From Nitrospirales bacterium (GTDB lineage: Bacteria > Nitrospirota > Nitrospiria > Nitrospirales > UBA8639), in contig CBDBCZ010000018.1 in NCBI GenBank assembly GCA_965203295.1, positions 1,504,001 to 1,568,000 of the forward strand: DNA of 64,000 nucleotides. The letters run 5' to 3'. Positions 54,130 through 64,000 of the stretch are shown one piece after another. The translations under genes were made by a program, and so were the position numbers. Each line of letters opens with the position of its first letter. Positions within the stretch are counted from its first letter, which is position 1. A model generated the notes under the pieces. The model was not told the origin of the DNA and made no database searches. It saw only the letters and a list, made by a program, of their open reading frames with translations.

Positions 54130-55210
54130 GGCACCCTGTCAAGATTTTCCAGACTTATCGCCATGCTGTTTGTCCGTTATTCATGTGTGTTGTCAAGATG
54201 TCTCATCTTTCGGCAACACCCTGTCAAGATGTCCCATCTTTCGGCAGGTTCATACCGTTTGTATGTAATTCATGTGTGTTGTCAAGATGTCCCATCTTTT
54301 GGCAACACCCTGTCAAGATGTCCCATCTTTCGGCAGGTTCATACCGTTTGTACGTAATTTATGTGTGTTGTCAAGATGTCCCATCTTTCGGCAGGTTCAT
54401 CCTGTTTGTACGTAATTCATGTGTGTTGTCAAGATGTCCCATCTTTCGGCAGGATCATACCGTTTGTACGTAATTCATGTGTGTTGTCAAGATGTCCCAT
54501 CTTTCGGCAGGTTCATACTGTTTGTACTTAATTCATGTGTGTTGTCAAGATGTCCCATCTTTCGGCAACACCCTGTCAAGATGTCCCATCTTTCGGCAGG
54601 TTCATACTGTTTGTACGTAATTCATGTGTGTTGTCAAGATGCCCCATCTTTCGGCAACACCCTGTCAAGATGTCCCATCTTTCGGCAGGATCATACTGTT
54701 TGTACGTAATTATTCATGTGTGTTGTCAAGACGTCCCATCTTTCGGCAACACCCTGTCAAGATGTCCCATCTTTCGGCAGGATCATACTGTTTGTACGTA
54801 ATTATTCATGTGTGTTGTCAAGATGTCCCATCTTTCGGCAACACCCTGTCAAGATGTCCCATCTTTTGGCAGGTTCATACTGTTTGTACATAATTCATGT
54901 GTGTTGTCAAGATGTCCCATCTTTCGGCAACACCCTGTCAAGATGTCCCATCTTTCGGCAGGTTCATACTGTTTGTACGTAATTCATGTGTGTTGTCAAG
55001 ATGTCCCATCTTTCGGCAACACCCTGTCAAGATGTCCCATCTTTCGGCAGGTTCATACTGTTTGTACATAATTCATGTGTGTTGTCAAGATGTCCCATCT
55101 TTCGGCAACACCATGTCAAAATGTCCCATCTTTCGGCAGGTTCATACTGTTTGTACGTAATTCATGTGTGTTGTCAAGATGTCCCATCTTTCAGCAACTT
55201 TCATGTGTGT
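54130..55210. repeat. Higher-order minisatellite: 25-bp core TGTCAAGATGTCCCATCTTTCGGCA with two alternating linkers (31- and 58-bp periods)
   Basis: About 22 cores. Linkers are ACACCC or GGTTCATACTGTTTGTACGTAATTCATGTGTGT. Confidence 0.95.
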
Positions 55211-56517
55211 TGTCACTTTCCAGTTTTGCTATGTCATGTTGACTGTTGTTTGTGAAAGTCATGCTTCATACAGTCATGTACATAGTGTCTTAGACATTGT
55301 GTGTGTGTGTGTGTGTGTGTGTATTACATAATCAAATACTCTGCACCGAGTGTAAAGATATGTCAGAAGGGACCCAAAGTTAGGTACATAGCAGGGGTCA
55401 CAGGGACACAAAATGTAATATTGTCGGGCTTTGTGGTGGTACTGCTGTCAGTCTGATATGTCAGGCTTTGTGGTGGTACTGCTGTCAGTCTGATATGTGG
55501 TGGTACTTTGATTTGGTCAAATCGCCCACCTGCCCTTATACTGAATCTTAGTTTCTCTCCCTTAACTATGTTCGTGTACACATGCAGACAAACAGGCCAC
55601 TCAAGGCCACCACCAAGAACCCAAAGCCATCTTGGACGTATGTTGAGTTCCAGTCTGGAGAAGATTGTTTGAAGCCATCCATAAGAGAGTTAAAAACCTA
55701 TATTGAAATAGTGCACATCTTCCCTATTACTGCATTTGGAAGCTTCATTCCCAGTCACCATTCCACATCTTCTTTGCACATACTGTTTTTTAGAATGTTT
55801 GAATAAGCTATGGAGTGGAAACTGGGAATGAGGTTAGTATTTGGATTATCAACTCTGTCCCTTTTATTGTAAATTATAATTTTATTACATTCACAGCTGT
55901 TTTTCTACAGTACCCCGTTGCATGGATATTTCATGTAATTTTCATTGATATTTTCATGGCCTTTTAATGGATTTTCATTTGTAATTCATAACGCTAAAGG
56001 ATGAATTATGGACCAGTTTCATGGGTATTTCAGTGACCAGTTTTCACAGCAATTTCATTGATGCCGACTTTTCATGGGTATTTCATGAGTAAGTTTCATG
56101 GATTATGCACATTTTCATTGAAAGGTAGGGGCTGTGAAATGTTAAGTTTTCTTGGGTTTTTCATGCATGCATTCAATTCCAATAGCAATGAAAATATCTG
56201 GAATATGATATGAAATCTTTCATGTGGTTTTCCTAGTATTTTCATAACCTCAGCTCCAGTAGTATGAGCAGCCTTGATACATCCGCAGGCACATAAGTGA
56301 ACTTGGGTAGCCATATTCTACATTAATTAAACTCCACATTTGTAAAAGCCACACTATTTTGTTGCTTGTTCTTGCAAGACTTGAATTTTACCCGCAGCTA
56401 CTTTCCTTTAGCACTTCTAGCTGCAAGTGCAGCTACAACTTGAGGGCAATAACTAATCCGGCATGGTGTCTGATTGTGGAAATACGGTCAGTACACAGTA
56501 CTTTCGTTGTCCCTTAC

Positions 56518-59500
56518 CATGTGACGATACATTCACCTCCATTTCTGCACTCTCTTCCCATCTTCATGCTTCCTACTACCATGGTCCCTGAAGTGATATA
56601 TACATGTACAAGTTTACATGCAAGAAAGCATTATTATGTATCTAAATACCATTCTATAACACTTTGGCCTAACCTACGTTAAAATGTCAAACTGATACTT
56701 CAACCAGAAAGAACAAACAAGAGTGAAACTTGAAGCCCCAGCAGAATAGCCTCCCCACTGTGCATTTTTAGATCTCAGACAGGGGTAGACATGATGAACG
56801 CTCATTTCAGCTACCAAGTTTCCCGTTAATTATCTCTGACATTAATATGGCTGGTGCTTTAAACACTTCTTTTACACATTAGATGCACAATGAGGTCACA
56901 AACAAGAGCACGCACCTTGACCCACGGTCCCTTGCAACAGGAAGCGGCAATAAATCATCAGCTTTTAGCCTCTTTCGCACCTTCTTCTTCTTCCTGGGTT
57001 TCCTGAAGGATACCATTTCCTCTGATGTGTAGTACTCTGAGGCTAGCTGAGAAGGTGCTGAGTCCAGAGAGTTCTGTAAGGAATACACATTAAATTTAAC
57101 AGGCTGCTATGGGACTTTTATGATCGGAATCTACAGTGTTCTTCAATTTGTTCAAGTAAAGCTATATATGTATGTAGATAATACACAGTTGCACCAAGGT
57201 ACATGTACGTGTAGTCATCTAAGGTGCATGACGACAGGATGCTGAAGACACATGCAGTGAGTGCAATATGCAATTCTCTGAGGTGCACATACGTACATGT
57301 ACTTACAGTAGCAGTAGCAAGAAACGGCTTTCCTTGCTTATTCTGTGTAGTTGCTGTATTATAGTTAGCATGGTGAATATTATCGACAGCAAAAAGAAAA
57401 CTGTACGATGCCCCACTTGGCCAAACCGAGTGTCAAAATAGCTAAACTGACCACCACTGTGATATTTAATTAACTTTGTGTAATGCTGATATAACTCTCA
57501 GGCATGATCTAACTATTATATGTACCTTGACATACTGCTACAGCTTCACTATAGGTATTCAAACACTGTGAGAAGATAATGCCTGTTAACATGCAAATGG
57601 GAGCCAGCTCACTCTACCTTACCAATACCCCTTTTTCAGCATGTAGCTATTTAAAATTAAAGTTGCCTGATATATTATGTTTCCCTTCCCCCTCAACCAC
57701 TATAATAAAATCGACTCACTCCTCTAGCTCTAAGCTTCTGCCTGACCATCTCTCTTTCTCGCTGCTCTGCAGTGTCAATTTCCCCAGCTTGTCCTACACA
57801 GTATAGTGAAAGAGTCATACGTGTAGACATGGCTACAGTGCTGGAATACACGCATATGCTAGGCTCATTCTATGAATCGGAACTATCTGTATAAATTGCG
57901 TTGTGCATTCCATAAATTGCATTGCACATTCAAAAAAACTACAAACTAACCCTCTCCGTAGGTCTAACCCTAGCCCCAACCCTAACCCTAAGTCTAACCC
58001 TGACCCTAACTCACCATGAAATCATAAAATGTGCAGTACAATTGTACAAATTCCCAAAATGCGCCCAACTCATACACTTATATACATGTAAGTACATGCA
58101 TAATTTATGTATAGCCAGAAAAATTGACAGGAGTGATATTTGATGAAATATTTCCAATACTGGCTGTAAATAAATAATGGCAAAATTCAATTTTGGCGAT
58201 TTGCGATTGCGAAGCAAACTTTATTGCGTCAACCGTGCATTAGTTCAGAAGCTATCGAGTGCTTGAGCATAGTCTGCCATAGACAAGACTACGTGGACTC
58301 TCTCGCTGGGGGAACTACTGCAGTAGAAGACAACTAGCTAGCTAGAGTGGCAACGTCGAGGATTCCTAGGCAGTAGCAGTTTACACAAAGGAATGCTGTT
58401 GTCGGCCATGTTCCAAGAAATTCATCGATAGCTTGAGTGTTATTCCTCCAAGTTTCACTGCACTGTTTCCAGAGCAGGTATCTTTCAGTGGATGTGCCTA
58501 AAGGAGGGCTGGAAGTGTCTGTCTGTACAGTTTCCCTCTCAAAAATACCTAATTAGCTAGTTCAATGCATTCAAAGGTGACATAACAACATATTGGAGGA
58601 AGTCAATTTGGTGAGAAGTAATTTAAACTTGGTGGCTCCATCGACGATTGCCAAATTGCCAAATTTTCCAGCTATACAGTATACCAGTAATATATAAGTA
58701 GCATATGTACGTACATGTACATACCCAAAGAAAAAGACTCCTTCTTCTCTCCTTCAATCTCCTCATTGTACTTCTTCAGTATTGGTGGTGGCTTTACCTG
58801 TATGTATGTATGCATGTATGTAAATGCATTTTTATAGAGAGATGCGTGCTGTATGCACTCACTTACAAGATAGGTTGGCTTGTTGTGTACATATAATTAT
58901 CTTAGCTACATGTAACTTTCTTTAGTAGGTGTGTTTCATGTACATGTAGGTTATGACTACCTTATGACACAAGGTAAGGAGGGGCCTCTTCCGACGGCAG
59001 GGTAATTCCAACAGTTGCGCTTACATCTACAGCGTACTGTGGAGTTAGGCAATAATTTTATGCTATAGAGAGATGCGTGCTGTATGCACTCACTCACAAG
59101 ATAGGTTGGCTTGTTGTGTACATATAATTATCTTAGCTACATGTAACTTTCTTTAGTAGGTGTGTTTCATGTACATGTAGGTTATGACTACCTTATGACA
59201 CAAGGTAAGGAGGGGCTATTCCGATGGCAGGGTAATTCCAACAGTTGCGCTTACATCTACAGCGTACTGTGGAATTAGGCAATAATTTTATGCCTCAGTA
59301 TAGTCAATAGGACAGCTATAAGCATAGCAGTTTTTAGCTTCACAACTTCTGTGAAACTGGATCTACACTCCAGTGTCGGAATTACCCTCGGGATTAAATT
59401 CTGTCCCGCTTTACCTTACAGAACACAACACTTATTGCACTAGCTCTAACATGTACTGTAAAACACACCCATGTTTGAAATGTAGGCATTAAGTAGTTGG

Positions 59501-60538
59501 TATTAAAAGAATAAAAAGGGGATCAAGCTTCATACAATGTAGATTTGGAATTTTTTGCCAATTTTAATGCCACTGCCAAGGTGTAAATGATAACCTGATA
59601 AGTTGACTAATAGGGGCTTTCCAAAACTGACTCACATTTGGGAAATATATTGTTTAGTTCTAGTATGCAAGGCAAATCTTTCATTCCCAGTACTTAAGCT
59701 TGACCTGCGCAGTTTTGTAATTTCACTGATGAAGATCCTCAAATCAAAACTTTTGGACCTCTATTTGAGTTCCATTGTGCATGCTACTTAAGAGCTCAAT
59801 AATCTTTCTCTAAATTTTCTCTGAAAGGCAAAGTGTGTTTGCTTATACCTAGGACCCTATCTGGCCTCCCTCTCAACCTAAATGAATTTTTAAACTTTAA
59901 GTGAATATCTGGCAAACAAATCACAAGAGGCTAAAATTACCAGTCGGCAGTCATTGAGTATGCACTTACCCATGGGAGGTAGATAACAATGTTAGGAGAA
60001 AAATAAATTGGAGGGGGCATGGTTTTGTCCCCTATTGGTAATCATAACGGAAGTTAACAATCTGGATTAACCCTGCATGTCCGTAATATGGAGGCGTCTA
60101 TATATCAAGGGCTTCTAGTTAAATTTTAGAAACATGCACTCAGGCTTTTCAGCATGATTATACATATAGCCACACTTCCTGCTGTGAGTCAGTAAGAAGG
60201 TTCGTAAAGCCTTGCTAGCAACTAGTAACGTCAAATCACCAAATCCAGTAGTGGATGTGCGAATAATTGATTAGGCTTTGAAGTCGTGGTCACCTCTAGG
60301 CTTTACCTTACAGAACACAACACTTAGCTGTTGTTTTACTGTTCTGGTCTGCAGTTTCAAAGTAAATAAAAACTGCTGTACTCGATATTATATTTACTCA
60401 CATCTCCAAATTCATCTTCTTCCTCCTCGTATGGGTCGTACCCAGGCTTTCCTTTACGATTCTCCACATTCTTATCTGCCTTCTCCTGGTCAACCATAGT
60501 GACGTTCACCAGAACATCCTCTCCCTCATCCAGTATAT
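56518..60538 (-). CDS. SART1: U4/U6.U5 tri-snRNP-associated protein 1, internal exons (partial; possibly a non-functional copy)
   Basis: Phase-compatible GT-AG exons: 60538-60402 (ILDEGEDVLVNVTMVDQEKADKNVENRK..YDPYEE), 58797-58725 (ILKKYNEEIEGEKKESFSL), 57793-57720 and 57073-56916 (LASEYYTSEEMVSFRKP..ADDLLPL). A probable fifth exon at 56587-56518 has an in-frame stop. Matches recalled SART1 motifs DVLVN, LSKYDEE, LASEY and ADDLLPL. Confidence 0.85.
57860..58062. repeat. Intronic element with degenerate telomere-like (CCCTAA) repeats
   Basis: CTAACCCT-type repeats at 57945-58011. Confidence 0.6.
58157..58681 (+). mobile_element. MITE-like element with a decayed HIRAN-like coding remnant
   Basis: TTTTGGCGAT near the left end and CGATTGCCAAATT..CAGCTATACAGTA at the right end. 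Internal AVVGHVPR..LFL..PKGGLEV with a stop. Confidence 0.45.
58834..59293. repeat. ~230 bp tandem duplication
   Basis: ATAGAGAGATGCGTGCTGTATGC starts at ~58834 and ~59065. Confidence 0.92.
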
Positions 60539-60711
60539 CTGCCAAGGAATGAACAAAACTGAGCTCACAAGATCTATAACACAGCTTCAACAGTATTGCA
60601 ATATCCTTGCCTTTGACTTAGGAAAGTGTGTATACTGTGGAATACAAATGACAATAACAGAACTCAGTGTTGGTACTACATGCATGGGTAACGTAGGGGA
60701 TAGTATATATA

Positions 60712-61686
60712 TTACAGAAAAAGCACTTTGCCAAAAAGTGCAAAACAAGTCATGTAGGGATGGACTTCCACCAAAAAACACTTCCCCAAAAACCAATGAA
60801 ACAAGCGACAATGCACGTGCATCGCAATGCATGCACAGACTACCCACACATCACAGCGCAATGCATTTATTGCATAGCTACCATCCCTACATCTTTCCAA
60901 CCACACCCACCACTATTCGCACCACACCCCCATACTCAATTGCACACCCAATACTTCCTTCAACACACACCACCATCTACAATCATCACCATCATATACC
61001 CACCCTTACATCCTTATCCACAACCATTACATAGCTACTTCACCAAACACAGCACCCCACACTACAACCCTAAACCTTCACAGGAATGTTATCTACTCCC
61101 ATCAAAATGCATTTCGCTCCATAAATCCCACATTCACAAGCACAAACCAAACAGAGCAATCCCTCACATCAACCACCATACACAACAAAGTTGACAACAC
61201 TCAATCTACACTTTACCAAACACACCCACATAGACCTCCACTACAAAGAACCTGCACACACACACTTACAAACTTCATCACACTCAACAACCAATCACAA
61301 CCAAAGTCCCTATACAAACATGACTCCACCCTCAATGACTCACTAGTCCAATATGTAAACCATGAACACTTTCAGCTACCTTCCACAGCCTCCAACGCAC
61401 TCAGTCATTAGCAATACACACACACACACCAATTTTAAATTACACTACCACTATATTCACCTCTCATGCACATACACACGATTGTGGTGGGTGTGGTTGG
61501 AAAGATGTAGGGATGGTAGCTATGCAATAAATGCATTGCGCTGTGATGTGTGGGTAGTCTGTGCATGCATTGCGATGCACGTGCATTGTCGCTTGTTTCA
61601 TTGGTTTTTGGGGAATTTTTTTTTGGTGGAAGTCCATCCCTACATGACTTGTTTTTGCACTTTTTGGCAAAGTGCTTTTTCTGTAA
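60712..61686. mobile_element. ~975 bp element with ~200 bp inverted repeats (ATGTAGGGATG family)
   Basis: TTACAGAAAAAGCACTTTGCC.. / ..GGCAAAGTGCTTTTTCTGTAA; homologous to 8983-10012. Confidence 0.85.
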
Positions 61687-62314
61687 CTTTATAGCTTTAC
61701 GTACTATTATACAATTAGTACACTCATCCATTGGATATGTTGGGTCCCATTTACATAAAATAAAAATGACTTCTCATTCTTTGTGTTTGGCCATAGTAAA
61801 CATCTAATCATGATCACTTTGAGACCTAAATCCTACCTACACATGCACGCAATTCATTTCTTATACTCAAATCATTGTTTTTTTGCAGAGACACACAGCA
61901 TGCAATTGATCTCTGCAATGTATGGAATCTCAATTTTATGTAAGAATGAAATTACTACTACCATCTTTATTCTATTATTACGCAAGATCCAATTTAATGC
62001 AAGAAATTGTGATTCTAGGAATTTATTATGAATCTAATCTAGCACAAGTCCATCACTAATTATTTTAAGCTGAATCCAATCTAACCCTACAACTCCAGGA
62101 AATATACTCTGTAAATTGCATTATAAACCATTAGCTAAAACAACTGTTACTCAGTGAAGTCCACAAATGGTAGTATCGAATTTCATGTAGGAAGCAAACC
62201 TCTCTTCTGTGGTTTGTGGGACATACCCAATCATCAAAACTAAGAGCCATTGTAAGTAGCTATAATCTAAAGTTGTTTTGCAGTGTTAACTCTATACAAG
62301 TGTAATTCAAGTAC

Positions 62315-64000
62315 ATGGCTACATTGAGCAGTATGTGGATACTCACGGTAGCTATAGCTCTGTTGTCAGCCACAGCCACCCTCTCCTGTCCTCCGGGGTT
62401 TGTCTCACAAGGAAACAGCTGTGTCTGTGCAGACTGGCCTGATGGAATAATCACTTGCGATGAAGACTCTCTGAATGCCTCGATACGTATCGGGTACTGC
62501 ATGACATACGACAATGAAACAGACGAAGTGAGAGTTGGGTCATTCTGGCAAACCTATTTGAGAAATAATTCTTATAAATTCTACTATCCACTTCCTTCTG
62601 AACTATCAGCTCTCAATGATGAAATGTGTGGTCCATTTAATAGAGAAGGTCTACTCTGTGGAGAGTGCCAGGAGGGTTTTGCAGTTCCGCTTTTCAATTT
62701 CCTATACGAAGGGTGTATCAACTGCACAAGTGTTTCCTATGGTTGGTTGAAACTTATTGCCTTCGCATATGTGCCGATCACTGTAATTTTCATAGTCATT
62801 GTAGTGTTTTCCATCAGTGTTGTATCGGGACCCATTAATTCATTCATATTCTTTGCTCAGCTTTCCGCATCAACATTCGTTGATATGGGTACATTGATGA
62901 GTGTAATGGCATCACAAGGTACCTTTTCATATTCTGAAAGAATATCCACGGTGGTAGTCGACGGTATCTATGATATGTTCAATTTGAAATTCTTTCATAC
63001 TTTCATTCCCCCATTTTGTCTCACAAACCACCTTAGTATAGTACAAGCATTGGCACTCCAGTATGTAATGGCCTTCTACCCCTTAGTTGCTATCACATTT
63101 CTCTATGTCTGCATTCGATTGCATGCTGGTAATTTCAGGCCTGTTGTTTATTGTTGGAAGCCTTTCCTAAAATGTTTTCTCCGCTTCAGAAGAAGAGTTG
63201 ATCCAACAGCGTCAGTAATTAATGTTTTTTCAACTTTTATCCTCCTATCCTACGTAAGACTAGTATATGTTGTAGGGAGATTTTTAACCCCATTAAATCT
63301 GTTCAATAGCCAAGGACAGATGGTCAACACATCAGTCTTCGCTTTCGATGCGACCATTCAATTCTTTCATGCACAACATCTCCCATTTGCTGTACTATCT
63401 ATTTTTGTACTGTTGACATTCATTGCCATACCTCCCATCGTGCTGACATTCTACCAAGCTGCATTCTTCCAAAAGTGCCTCACACGATGCAAAATGAACT
63501 CTCAAGGTCTTCGCACATTTGTTGAGGCTTTCCAAGGCTGCTACAAGGATGGCACAAATGGCACACGAGACTGTCGATATTGTGCAGGACTCTATTTCTT
63601 CTTTCGCCTCATTTTTGTTCTACCCCCACTTAATGATGGGCTTGGCTTAGGCAATACTTACAAATATATTACTACTAGTTTTGCTATTTTTTTCTGGTGT
63701 ATTGTACTGTTCTTTGCACTTGCTCAGCCTTACAAAATTCACCTTTACAATGTGGTAGATGCTGTCATCTTTGCTCTCTCTGGCACTATCACTGTCCTTG
63801 TTCTGTTCATTGATATGCAAGTACAGATCATTGGGCATCCTTCCAGCTCTATTTTGATCTTGACAGATGTGCTCTACACACTTCCACTGTTGTATCTTGT
63901 TCTGTTCATTGTGTGCTGGCCGCTCAATAAGAAGACTAACTGTATACACAAGCTCAAGAGCCACAAACTGCTACGCTGTCTCTTTCGAGATCAGGGAGTA
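62315..64000 (+). CDS. Intronless sponge-type Cys-rich ectodomain + multi-pass membrane protein (3'-partial, >=562 aa)
   Basis: Open frame from ATG 62315 to the window end, absent from the ORF track presumably because it lacks a stop. Signal-peptide-like start MATLSSMWILTVAIALLSATA, then CPPGF, GYCMTY, MCGPFNREGLLCGEC, many hydrophobic helices, FQGCYKDGTNGTRDCRY and AQPYK. Confidence 0.88.
   Translation, partial: MATLSSMWILTVAIALLSATATLSCPPGFVSQGNSCVCADWPDGIITCDEDSLNASIRIGYCMTYDNETDEVRVGSFWQTYLRNNSYKFYYPLPSELSALNDEMCGPFNREGLLCGECQEGFAVPLFNFLYEGCINCTSVSYGWLKLIAFAYVPITVIFIVIVVFSISVVSGPINSFIFFAQLSASTFVDMGTLMSVMASQGTFSYSERISTVVVDGIYDMFNLKFFHTFIPPFCLTNHLSIVQALALQYVMAFYPLVAITFLYVCIRLHAGNFRPVVYCWKPFLKCFLRFRRRVDPTASVINVFSTFILLSYVRLVYVVGRFLTPLNLFNSQGQMVNTSVFAFDATIQFFHAQHLPFAVLSIFVLLTFIAIPPIVLTFYQAAFFQKCLTRCKMNSQGLRTFVEAFQGCYKDGTNGTRDCRYCAGLYFFFRLIFVLPPLNDGLGLGNTYKYITTSFAIFFWCIVLFFALAQPYKIHLYNVVDAVIFALSGTITVLVLFIDMQVQIIGHPSSSILILTDVLYTLPLLYLVLFIVCWPLNKKTNCIHKLKSHKLLRCLFRDQGV

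Noticed and set aside
54130..55210. CRISPR array
   Set aside because: The spacers are only two recurring sequences rather than unique ones, no cas genes are present, and the context is eukaryotic.
59722..59750. Hammerhead ribozyme core (CTGATGAAGATCCTCAAATCAAAAC)
   Set aside because: The conserved GAAAC is AAAAC here and flanking stems are not evident. At best it is a decayed remnant.
63647..63964. Minus-strand 105-aa ORF
   Set aside because: It is the antisense shadow of the long plus-strand membrane-protein ORF.

Overview
This is eukaryotic (metazoan) DNA, most likely from a demosponge. That taxon is inferred from sponge-expanded protein families, short GT-AG introns and abundant TACATGTA. 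The window is a repeat-dense mosaic. It holds intron-containing pieces of three housekeeping genes: TRAPPC13 (minus strand, disrupted and split by a ~15.4 kb insert), ATR (plus strand, six internal exons with frameshifts) and SART1 (minus strand, internal exons). One intact intronless sponge-type Cys-rich multi-pass membrane gene runs off the right end, and a Pmp-like beta-helix gene is decayed. Mobile DNA includes a decayed LINE, Penelope-like fragments, four Helentron/DINE-like copies, several MITEs and an Academ-like mini element with a RecQ helicase fragment. The most notable structures are four. First, a ~4.8 kb palindrome built largely from a ~92 bp satellite. Second, a ~6.3 kb inverted-repeat-bounded unit carrying a spliced UBZ zinc finger + Ulp1 SUMO-protease gene whose Asp/Cys exons appear deleted. 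Third, several inverted-repeat elements sharing the 11-mer ATGTAGGGATG. Fourth, a perfect 66 bp hairpin. Protein identifications come from my recall of the human or family sequences, not from a database search. Coordinates were read by eye and repeat boundaries are approximate.
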